From Dendrobates tinctorius (taxonomy: Eukaryota), in assembly GCF_039654945.1 (NCBI RefSeq), contig NW_027361866.1, positions 3,844,001 through 3,908,000 of the forward strand: DNA of 64,000 nucleotides. The letters are read 5' to 3'. Position 1 is the stretch's first letter. The number at the start of each line of letters is the position of its first letter. Shown here piece by piece: positions 52,310-64,000 of this stretch. Position numbers and translations under genes: made by a program. The notes beneath the pieces were generated by a model that saw nothing but the letters and a program-made list of their open reading frames with translations, made no database searches and had not been told where the DNA came from.

Positions 52310-54070
52310 CTCCCTAACTGGGCTGCCCCCCCCTCCCCCAACGGCTGGAGTCAAGACCTGTCGCACCCCGGCAAGTGCCGTTGCTCTGAACAGGTGGATG
52401 GGCCCACTGATGGCCGCCGGCAATGGCACAGGGCCACTCATAGTACAATACAGTGTCTCAGACGGTGGGAGGGCCCACTCGCCCTCAGACACACCAGCGT
52501 ACTATGAGGGGCCCTGTGCCAGTACCGAGGACAACGATTGTGCCCCCCCCTGCTTGGTCATGGCTACAGCACTTGCAGGTTGCAATACTTACCTCTCACT
52601 GCTCCACCGCTGAGTAGTCTGGGCAGTTAAATCCTTCACAGGGACGGCCACTCAAAATTTGGTGTATTGATCAATGGCCAGTTCTGCTGGCCTCTACCTT
52701 CAGATGATCAATGGCTACCATTTGAAATGGACGTCAACTTACAAGCGGATGCAGTGGTGGTTTATGATCACCTTTCCCAGTTGTGATAGTCACAGACGTG
52801 TGACATTCCTGCCACCATTTTTCAATGTCTCCTCTCATGCCAATCCAATAGAATCGCCTATGGCCTGTGGCTTCTGTCATTTGCACTCCAAAATGACCAG
52901 ACACATCATGATAGGCAGTGAGGACCATGGGTACATCTCTCCCTGTGATCCTAATTTGATGGAGACGAGTAACGGTGATGTGATCCACGCTACTGCGATA
53001 AAGCAATCCTTTCTTCACAAATAACCTTTTTCACTTTCTCCACAGACACAGTAATTGAGGGTCTGCATCGCCTCTGCAACATATGCCGGGAGGTTTCCCC
53101 GCGATGAGTAATTCTAAAATTTCTGCTAACACTCGACTTTGCGTCTATACTTGTATCCATGTACTTTCCAGTAGCGGGAGATTCTTGACTGGCTTACTGA
53201 GATTGAAATGTATACGAAGATTTAAAAGTACCACAACACTGTATACTGATGTACGCTATGAATACCTTTCCCTTTTTCTACCTTTTTAATTCTGGTGTAA
53301 TACATAGTGAGCCTGTGAGTGTCTGTGTCTGACTCCGGAAGTATAGACGGAAATTTAACCCTAGACTGGACACACCTGGTATGTGCTGATACAGTACCTT
53401 GTTTTAAAAATTTGTATTAAGGTATCATCTGTAGGATAACCAACTGTGGGGGGGACCATCTTCTTGCTGCAGACAAACACGAGACTGAGACAGAGTTTGT
53501 ATTGAACAGGTCCGTTTTTAGTGCCCATCCTTCTGTCAACAACAGCAATTCACCACAGCCGTTTCACATTTCTCTGTACAGAGGCCCAGATACCTTCACT
53601 TCCTTTGTAACTATATTCGTGGCGTCCTCTGTGGCTCTTCCACTGTGGCTGGCCTAGGCCCAACCACCACAGCGCTGCACCAGTCTGAGCACACCGTCCG
53701 TATGATAGCCCCAGGCCGTCTTCGTCTACGGCTACAGTCCTCTTGCCCACCCCCCCATGACCGCCTTTCTTACTGTCTCTATTTCCTCAGCAGAACTTCC
53801 TCTTTACTGTGCTCCCTTCGCTGACTGACTCTTCCAGAACCTTCCCTCAGCCTTTTATACTTCCAGCTCTGGTAACTCTGCCCACCATCACCTAACAGTT
53901 TCCCTGACCAATGGCAGTTATTCAGTCCCACTCCTACACTCTCCACTGCCCTCCAATGGGCAAGCTAAAACACTGCACCCTTTATCTTTATCTTAGAGGT
54001 TTCACACCTACACTGCGCTACACCTCTGCTTCTCACTACAGGCTGGTTTGTCTGTCAGTCCACCTTCCCT
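52310..54070 (-). mobile_element. Gypsy-type fragments (integrase zinc-binding region plus LTR-like sequence) nested in the hAT
   Basis: ORF 52734..53018 HDVSGHFG...RRFYWIGMRGDIEKWWQEC is a degenerate HHCC domain. Confidence 0.65.
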
Positions 54071-54883
54071 ACATCATCCATAGTGAGTGAGCGTGTGTGG
54101 GTTGCGCCTTCTATATATATGGTGAATCAGAGAAACAAATTTTTACACTATACTCGATACAGCTTGTATCTTGTTATACAGTACCTTTGTTCGACATTTA
54201 GCATTACAGTCAAATCCATACTGTGTAAGCGTCTGAGAGTGACTACGGGACTATTTATACAGAGATTTCAATTGTACCCTAAAAAATATATACTTGCTAT
54301 CTTGTTATCCAGGACCTTTTTTACAACATTTTTTATTATGGTCAAAACCAAACTGAGTGAGCGTCTGAGGGTGACTACGGAAATATATACTGATATTTTC
54401 AATTTGGCCAACACTGTATACAGCAGAACGCTTCTGATTCAGTAACCTTTTTAGCTATTTAGATTCTGGTATAATCCATAATGAGCCTGTAAACATATGT
54501 CTGTTACTCCGGCAATATATTTGGAACTTTAAGATTACCCCAACACTGTATACAGCTGTATGCTTGTGTTACATAACCGATTTACAGCTTTTCATATTCT
54601 TGTGTAATCCATACTGGGCCTGAGAGCGTTTGTGTCTGCCTCCTGAAATGTATACGGAGAATCAGAATGTTTACACTATACTATATATACCTTTTATCTA
54701 GTGACTCTGTACCCTTTTTCAACTTGTTATTTTATTGGGTAATCCATACTGAGCCTGTGAGCGTCTGTGTATGCCTCATGAAATATATACAGAGATTTAC
54801 TGTTATCCATAGACTGTATAGAGCTGTACGCTTATGATACAGTACCATATATCTGCTGGTATTTTGGGTCCATTTTCAAAAAC

Positions 54884-55305
54884 ATGAGGAAGTATGGTGG
54901 AAGAGGATGCGGATGTGGGCGTGGAGGGCCACCTGGTACTGATGGTGGTGGTGGAGCATCTGCTGGTAGTGCCAAAAACACAATAGCAGCTAAGGCAGGA
55001 GGTGTTGAGCCAGGGTCATGATATAGCTTTGGAAGGCCTGTAAGGCTCCCTATTCTGGGAGTAGGTACTGCTTTTAAATCCAGAGTATCAGGAACTGTTT
55101 GTGGCTTACATTGCTGAAACAGCCTCCAGTTCTATCGCCTCCTATTCTGAAGTTGTACAAAATGCAAGCACTGAGTCGTGACTGCAGGCTTCTGGTCTGG
55201 AGCAACCCCTTTCCTTGTGTCCTTCGCCCATACCAAAAGTGAAGGATGTGGAAGCACACACCTCAGATTACTCCATGGAGCTCTTTTCACATACCATGCC
55301 TGGGT
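54884..55305 (+). pseudogene. Second, diverged copy of the hAT ORF 5' region
   Basis: ATGAGGAAGTATGGTGGA...CATACCATGCCTGGGTTA aligns with 51043-51465. Confidence 0.85.
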
Positions 55306-55315
55306 TAATTAAAAA

Positions 55316-55770
55316 TAGGGCCCATCATGTACTGGAGCAATGTAAATGGGGCAGATCACACACTGGAGCAGCATCTAAGGGGCACATTATACACTGGAGC
55401 ATAACAAATGTGGCCCATTATATATGGAGCATTATTAGAGCCCATCATACACTGGAGCATTATCCATGAGGCCAATCATGTACTGGAGCAATGTAAATGG
55501 GGCAGATCAGACACTGGAGCAGCATCTAAGGGGCACATTATACACTGGAGCATTACAAATGGGGCCCATTATATATGGAGCTTAATTGGAGCCCATCAGA
55601 CACTGGAGCATCATCCATGAATCCATGAGGCCCATCATGTACTGGAGCAATGTAAATGGGGCAGATCAGACACTGGAGCAGCATCTAAGGGGCACATTAT
55701 ACACTGGAGCATTACAAATGGGGCCCATTATATATGGAGCATTATGTGGAGCTCATCAGATACTGTATGG
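55316..55770. repeat. Minisatellite with CTGGAGCA core and ~150-160-bp higher-order period
   Basis: ATCATGTACTGGAGCAATGTAAATGGGGCAGATCA recurs near 55324, 55475 and 55634. Confidence 0.85.
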
Positions 55771-57844
55771 AACATTATATGTGACTAATTATTTGGTATG
55801 GAGAAATATATGGGGCTCATTATTCTGTATGGCGCACAATGTGGTGGCCATAACACTGTATGGAGTAATATACTGTCCTGTTTTTGAGCTATTGTACAAT
55901 TTAAAATAGATCAGTCATGTCATGTAAGCAGTGAAGTATGTGTCATTGTACTATACCTATATTTCTGTGGCGTATCGGAGCATCATGAGTTGTGGTATGT
56001 GTTAAAGGAGCCCACTGACACTCTTTGGCCCAGGGCACACGAAAACCTGGAGCCAGCCCAACCCCCCCACAACTTTAGCCAAATAACCCCCAGTTTTCAA
56101 TGCGTAACTATTATTAGGAAGTAAATTAAGGTTGACAAGCTTCAGTTATAAGAACTGATGTTTTTGGCATTGAAATGGGCACTGTAGGTGTGTTTACTGT
56201 CCTCCACTCCCTGCCAACTTTGCTTCCCCATTGACTTGCATTGGGTTTCGTGTTTCAGTTGGCCTTCGACTTTTCCCTATAGTCGGCCGATTTCGTTCGA
56301 CCCGACTTTTGCGAAAGTAGGGGTTTCATGAAATCTGACTCGACCCAAAAAAAGGCAAAGTCGCTCATCTCTACTTGTAACAATAGGGGCTCCATTTCAC
56401 AATCTCCTTCTTATACCAATCAATAACTGGATTGTGAACCTGCAACCATGGAAACTCCAGTACCAATCCAGCAGGTAAATTATCCAGCACAAAACAGGAG
56501 ATGGTTTCAGAGTGGAGTGCTCCCACTTGGAGAGTGAAATCCACTGTTGCTTTCTTGACCAAATTATGAGCTAACGGTTTCTTGTCAAGAGCCATGATTT
56601 GAATGGGTCTTTCTAAACTAACTGTCCCTAACCCTAACTTCAGAGCCAGTCCCGAATCAATAAAGTTAGCAGCAGACCCACAGTCATTAAACGCCAATGT
56701 TGATGACACCTGGTTCTTAAAGGAAATCATCATATTTATCAGTACTTTATCAGAGGAAGGAAAAGGTACCTGGGAATCTGGGTGACCTCCTCGGACGTCA
56801 CCCAGACTCAGACGTTCTCTCAATGGTTTGATTTCTTGAGGACGAATTGTGCAATTCTTAAGAAAATGTCCAGAGACCACAGTATAGACAGAGTTCGAGA
56901 TCTTGTCTGTGTATTCTCTCTGCAACACGAAGACTGGCAACTCTAACTTCTTCTAAATGGACCTGGTCCGGGAAGTATAATATGCGGCTTGCTGTTCACT
57001 ATATCTCTCAAGTATTTTGCGGTCCATTCGTATGGCCTGCGCCATGGCCTCTGCCAGAGAGCAAGGAGCGTCATGGAGGACCAGAGCATCCTTGAGTGTC
57101 TCGGAAAGGCCTCTTTGGAACTGACACCTGAGAGCAGCATCATTACATAGAACTTCGGTGGACCACTGCCGAAACTCAGCACAGTAGTCCTCAGCTGTGC
57201 CAGGTTCATGATCTTAGCCACAGTGACCTGAATTCTGTCAGCCTCATCATATATCATACCTAAACTGTCAAAAAAGGCATCAACAGAAAACCATTCTGGG
57301 GATTATGGGGACAGAGAATATGCCAAGGTCTGACGACCCTCTCGCAGTAGGGTCATGATTATTCCCACCAGCTGGAACTCCTCTCCAGACGACCAGAAGC
57401 GCAGGGTAAAAAATAAATTACAGCTCTGCCTGAATACCCTAAACTGGTCTTTCTCTCCCGAAAATTTATCAGGAAGGGAAATAACAGGTTAAGGAGAGAC
57501 CAGCTGAACATCAGAGGGTACTGATGTCACAGTCACTGCAGGCAGTGGGAGGGCTATGGTGGTGTCTTCATCAATTTATTTTTCTGACTCTGCAACTGAT
57601 ATTGTTATGACTCCAGACTCTGGCAATCTTTTGACAGTTCTTGAGTGAGCTGCATCAAATTCACCACCTGGTCACAAAGCATGTGAACAGGATCCATACT
57701 GGCAAAAAAGAAAAACGTATCAGCCAGACATAAGGTGATGCTAGTCACTTCTCACTGCCAAGCCGTGAGTCAGAGTGGTAAAGGAGTTCAAGGTCAGAAG
57801 TCAGGAGGATACGTCATAATCAGAAGGAAGAGACAAAGCATAGT

Positions 57845-58720
57845 TGTCACAGTCCAATTCTTGGATTTGTGTCAGATTCGTGATTCCCTCATATAAACCT
57901 TTTTTTTTCCTTTTCAGGCCTTTGGGGACTTAATATGGGTTTTTGCCCACGGTGGCCATAGGTGTTATTGCATGTCTGTTGGTTTCCCTGCTGATGTGAC
58001 CACTCCCTTGGCTATATAAGGTCACATGGTGTATCAGCAGGTGTTGGTTATAGCAGTTCCTTTTTGGATTCCAACCACGGTGAAGTGAGCAGCTGGCTCT
58101 GAGGTGTTGAGCCACTGCTGAAACCTGGTGAAGTAGAAGCTGGCTCTGAGGTGTCGAGCCACTGCTGAAACTGGTGCTGAACTCTGCCTGCCCGGTGTCT
58201 GCAGCAGACATAGATGGTGAAGGTAGCCGCTGGCTCTGAGGTGTCGAGCCACTGCTGAAAGTTAATCCGGTGATGAACTCTGCTACCTGGTGACTGCAGC
58301 AGAGAAAGATGGTGAAAGTAGTAGCTGGCTCTGAGGTGTTGAGCCACTGCTGAAAGCTGATCTGGTGCTGCACTCTGCTGCCTGGTGACTGCAGCAGAGA
58401 AAGATACATGTTTTCCCCTTTTTCCTTCATATTAGTGCAGCGGTGGGACTAGTGTCAGCACTATCCAGTTCCTTAGCAAGGGATAGGTGCAGGGATAGTG
58501 AGGGATTCAGGTATCCTGCTCAGCGTCAGGTGAAGTGCCTGTATAGGGAATGTTAGGAGTGTTCAGGGACACTGCCTCAGGGGAGTGCAGGAGGTCTCCA
58601 TGTCCCTGTTCCCTATTGCAGGGGCCACCGTTGTAACTGTTTCCCAGGTGTTCCCCTTATGCCTTGTTGTTTCAGTTACCGACCTGCGGGTCATGTCACA
58701 CAGGACAGGTACATGTGACA
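57845..58720. mobile_element. Solo LTR with 5-bp TSD ATAGT, inserted in the 5' LTR/leader of the gypsy element
   Basis: ATAGT-TGTCACA ... TGTGACA-ATAGT. Confidence 0.88.
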
Positions 58721-59077
58721 ATAGTCAGGTAACGTTTCGAGGTCAGAGTACTGGGAGGATAATGGATCATAGCTGAAGGGGTTAAACAGGTAAGGTCAGA
58801 ACGAAGTCCAAGGTCAGGCAACAGATCAAGCATTCAGAACTCAAGGCGCAAAAAAGCACAAACCTCACAAGCTGAATGTATGACTGGCAGTGGTCTGGGA
58901 GAAACAGCACAGTTAAGAAGCATGGCAACTAACTGGAATAGTGAACACATGGTCACATTCCAAACAGCTTAACAACATGTTTCTGCTGCAAACTGTTTGA
59001 TGAATCAGCTCCTACATTTTTCTTTACTTGCAGAAGTATTTTTTTGCTAGCAGCAGATTGCAATAATTATATCAATA

Positions 59078-59701
59078 CAGGGTGGGCCATTTATATGGAT
59101 ACACCTAAATAAAATGGGAAAGGTTGGTGATATCAACTTCTTGTTTGTGGAACATTAGTATATGGGAGGAGGAAAGCTTGTCAAGATGGGTGGTGACCAT
59201 GGCGGACATTTTAAAGTTGGCCATTTTGGATCCAACTTTATTTTTTTCAGCGGGAAGAGGGTCATGTGACACATCAAACTTATTGTGAATTTCACAAGAA
59301 AAACATTGGTGTGCTTGGTTTTAACGTAACTTTATTCTTTCATGAGTTATTTACAAGTTTCTCTTTGTTTACAGCCATTGACATGTCGCAGAGGTTATCA
59401 CGTGAGGAGCGGATAGAAATTGTGTTGATGTCTGGTGAACACCGTACCCGGGTCATTGCAGCAGATTTCAATGCAAGACACCCTACACAAGAAAACTGTC
59501 ACCATTCCCATTGTATTTAGGTGTATCCATATATATGGCCCACCCAAAAAAGTTTGCCTCATCACTGAACATAATGTTCTGTGTAAACTGAGGGTCCTGT
59601 TCCAATTTTTGTTTTGCCTATTCTGCAAATTCAGCGTGCCGATCTGGGTCACCAAACATTCCCATTTTATTTAGGTGTATCCATATAAATGGCCCACCCT
59701 G
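59078..59701 (+). mobile_element. Internally deleted mariner-like (DD41D/Visitor-type) element
   Basis: TA-CAGGGTGGGCCATTTATATGGATACACCTAAATAAAATGGGAA and its inverse plus TA; transposase start MSQRLSREERIEIVLMSGE..VIAADFNARHP. Confidence 0.85.
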
Positions 59702-59749
59702 TAGTTTAGAAGAACTAAACCAAAATGTTGACCACTGGAATAACTGTTA

Positions 59750-60219
59750 GGCCGGGGTCACAGTACCGTAGAATACGGACGAGTGCTATGTGAGAAAACA
59801 TCGCACAGCACTCGGACCAGTGTTAATCTATGGGACAGCATATATCACCGTATTTCTTCTCAGGCATATTTGACGTATGTGTAAAAATCATCCGAGACTC
59901 GCCAATGCAAACCTATGGGTGCGAGAAAAACTGTGATGCCACACGGACCATCCATGTAGCTTGCGACAAATACGCACACAATTTCCTCATTTAAGCCCAT
60001 TAAGCCATTTATTTCAATGGGGAAAATCAGTGAGAAATGTAAATCCATATGCATGTTATAAGGATGTCATATGGATGTCATACGGATACATAGGTGCGAG
60101 AAAATCGCATTATCGCATTGCAAATGCATTACACACGGATGACCATACGAAGAAGACTTGTGCGACTCTCGGCAGGGAGACTCGGACTGATTTTCCATAA
60201 GTTTAGTGTGACACCAGCC
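59750..60219. mobile_element. Harbinger MITE sharing its terminus with the element at 2787
   Basis: TTA-GGCCGGGGTCACA..GAATACGGACGAGTG ... GTGTGACACCAGCC-TAA. Confidence 0.85.
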
Positions 60220-60522
60220 TAAGAGGTGCAAAGGTTGCTATTGTACACATACGTGGTAGCCGATGAAGGCCAAAAATGTCTTCACCTCAAATGAAGAGAT
60301 TGTTATTAAGATGCTGCTTAATATTTGGGAATGCTTTGTTATGGATTTTGAATTGTGGCTCAAAGGCTTCCATGTACAGTTCTGGTTTTAACAGGGTGTC
60401 CTAACATTTTTATAGTAGCAGAGAACACAAAGGGGTGGATGTAGTGAGCTTAAGAACTGAAGAGTCTTGGTTTTTAGCCAGCACCCATCTTTAGCTTCAT
60501 AGCTAGCATCAATCATTGTGGT

Positions 60523-61350
60523 TTAACCCCTTAGATTGCTAAGCAGTTACATCGGGAGTGAGCTTCGTCTGTCGCTCTATCAGTCCACACCACAGTGCAG
60601 TTGGAAGCTGCCCATGAATTACCATGCTTAACAAAGGCTACCATGTTTGTCAACTTTTTCTTCTATGGTGTCCTCCATATGAGATCACAAAATTTACAAT
60701 ATACTTATAAACAGTATATGGTTTCTTGGTGGGACTAAAAAAATGTCAAAAATAGTTTTTAAAAAGTTTTTATAATAAAAATAAAAAAACATTCTAGTCA
60801 ACACCATTTTCCCACATGTTAAATAAAAAAAAGTACAAAAAAGGAAAAAAGTAAATAAACATCAAGTATTATCACATTAGTGAAACTCGGAGCTATGCAA
60901 TTATATTATTTACCCTGCATGGCGAACTGCTTTTTTGACACCTTTTCTTTAATAAAAAAATGGAAAAAAGTCGTGTTTCTCAAAATGGTACTAATAAAAT
61001 CTATAGCTTGCCCCTCAAAAAAAGCAAGCCGTCACACAGATCCACTGAAAAAATAAAAAATAAAAAATGTATGGGTCATCAACCTAAACCAAATTTATAT
61101 TTTTGCTAAAGTTTGTTTTTTATATTGATAGTTCCAGCACTTTACAGACTTTCAGAATAAAATGAATAAATAAAACAAGCAAAAAAAGATGAATTGCGTT
61201 TTTCTTCCCTTCACAGAAGGAAATTTTTTTTAATGTTTTCAGTTTTTGAAATGGTAACATTATATTGTAACATTAGAAAAAAATTGTGTTGTCCTGGAAA
61301 ACAAACGAACCCAAATTTGGCCATGTCAAAAGGAAACTAAGGGGCTGAAA
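60523..61350. mobile_element. Old TTAA-CCCCTT non-autonomous element, distantly related to 35536-40371
   Basis: TTAACCCCTT start; AAAATGGTACTAATAAAA block resembling 36744-36760. Confidence 0.45.
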
Positions 61351-61371
61351 GACAGAGCATTCCAGAAGCAT

Positions 61372-61660
61372 AATGGCCAAGAAAAATAAAGTTGATTGGC
61401 TCATCCAAAAAAATTGAAAAAATCTACAAATTTTATTCCATATCAGTCAAACAATTAAAATTCACATGTTGGTCATAGGGCGAAATGCATAAGTGTTTTT
61501 CCTTAGTCTTAGAGAATGATTCACAGCACCAGAAGTGCATTAGAGTGTCTTTTCTATCACCAACATGTGGATTTGAATTGTTTAACTGATATGGAATAAA
61601 ATTTTAAGATTTTTTCTATTTTTTCGGATGTGCCGATCAACTTATTTTTCTTGGACATAT
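61372..61660. repeat. Imperfect ~110-bp inverted repeat (61372-61487 / 61552-61660)
   Basis: For example TTTATTCCATATCAGTCAAACAATT versus AATTGTTTAACTGATATGGAATAAA. Confidence 0.8.
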
Positions 61661-62739
61661 TTTCTGGCGTTCAGCAGTATTTGAAACAGCACCCATCACA
61701 CATAAAGGACAGGTTTCGTCATTCGCTGCACGTTGAGCGATTTATTCAATATATTTTCTTAATGTATAAGCGTAATGGTGATGATAGTTTGTTAGGAGCA
61801 CTTGCTTTTCTTTGGTATTCACAAATACATTGGTGATTTCATTTTCAAACTACCTAGAAAAATAAAGTGGAAAAAAATTTCTGATGCCCCCCAAAAAACA
61901 GAATGCCATTTATTTCTATAGGTTTTTATACTTGCATATGGATAGCCGTGCTTTGAGTATTATTTCATATTGTAAAAAATTCTATTTAAAGTTGACATAA
62001 TGTCACTTTTCTACCACTTCTTAGATATTCACCTTTATACAAATTAATAAAGGAAGGAAGCATGCACGTCTGTGGACATAAAGAGGCATCACTCAGTTCC
62101 CGTTCTGCTTTGGTGCTCTCGGGACTCCTGAGAAAATGGACTTTTAATGACATTGCAGCTTTCAAGGTCATAATGTACATTGGAATGAATATTCTTCCTC
62201 TCTCTCGCTGCTACACCAAATCCGCCACCTGCCAGGGCTTCAATTTGTTTTAATTGTGGATTTTGTCACTTCTCCGGTAATTTAAAGGCTCATGGCTCCT
62301 GTGACTTGGGTCCCAATATTCCCAGTGGGATCTGTCTGTTCCCTCATACTAAATCCACTTGTCACACCTCGTTACTTAATTGTAGATCAAAAGCACCTCC
62401 CAGCCGAGACGTGCTAATGACATCCGTCCTTGTGATACCCTCCTGGGTAGACTGTATGATGAGGTATGATGGGACTGAGCAGGAGTGCGCTGAATGAGGG
62501 GTCTTCCCCATGCGTACAATGGGGCTTCCTTTCTTTCATCATGGCTATAATTATAAGATGTTAGAGGCAGGATGAGTAAAAATAAATGTCATCAAAGTAG
62601 TAAAATATATTGTATACTTTCGTTCATTTTTTTCTATGCCTAATTTCTCAGTAATTGGAAAACAGGAAAATATTTCTATAATGCTCTCAATCCCTATAAA
62701 TCTCATAACTCGTATAATTCTTATTATAACTGATAGATA

Positions 62740-64000
<1,261 letters not shown>

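Larger units (their letters stand above)
49068..56373 (+). mobile_element. 7.3-kb composite hAT element with 8-bp TSD
   Basis: TIRs TAGAGTTGAGTG / CGCTCATCTCTA; TSD CTTGCAAC (49060-67) and CTTGTAAC (56374-81); the gypsy reading frame resumes across it. Confidence 0.92.
46690..58950 (-). mobile_element. Decayed Ty3/gypsy (Sushi/Tf2-like) LTR retrotransposon: gag 56943-57697, protease 56374-56940, RT/RNase H 47700-49060, integrase 46690-47650; interrupted by a hAT and a solo LTR
   Basis: LPDKFSG gag; DCGSAANFID protease; MPFGL..AP..FQ and YLDD RT; EVDASAIGVGAV RNase H; VDRFSKQAHF and IVSDRGVQF integrase. Confidence 0.93.

Noticed and set aside
56371-57697. RTL1/PEG10/LDOC1-like domesticated gene
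   Set aside because: Contains stops and frameshifts and is part of a decayed gypsy element.
58091-58355. Palindromic repeats with spacers resembling a CRISPR array
   Set aside because: The linkers resemble each other, vary in length, and sit inside a TSD-flanked solo LTR.

Overview
Eukaryotic (vertebrate) DNA, most likely from a frog, judged from the transposon repertoire. The only host gene I can support is an ERBB4-family receptor tyrosine kinase on the minus strand. Six internal exons equivalent to human ERBB4 exons 10-15 (74, 91, 200, 133, 94 and 155 nt, all AG/GT, one continuous frame) lie between 43786 and 24274 and encode receptor domain III and most of Cys-rich domain IV. The protein looks more diverged than an orthodox tetrapod ERBB4 and may be an erbb4-like paralogue. 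The rest appears intronic and is dominated by often nested transposable elements: Tc1/mariner (DD34E, DD37E, DD41D-like), a Harbinger element with a spliced MADF gene plus MITEs, CR1 LINEs, V-SINEs, gypsy elements and solo LTRs, a 7.3-kb hAT inside a gypsy element, a 4.8-kb TTAA-flanked Tx1D-like element carrying telomere-like and ~390-bp repeats, and Penelope-like fold-back structures with hammerhead-ribozyme motifs. No CRISPR array or prokaryotic system is present. Coordinates were read by eye. Exon and TSD boundaries were checked base by base; other boundaries are approximate.
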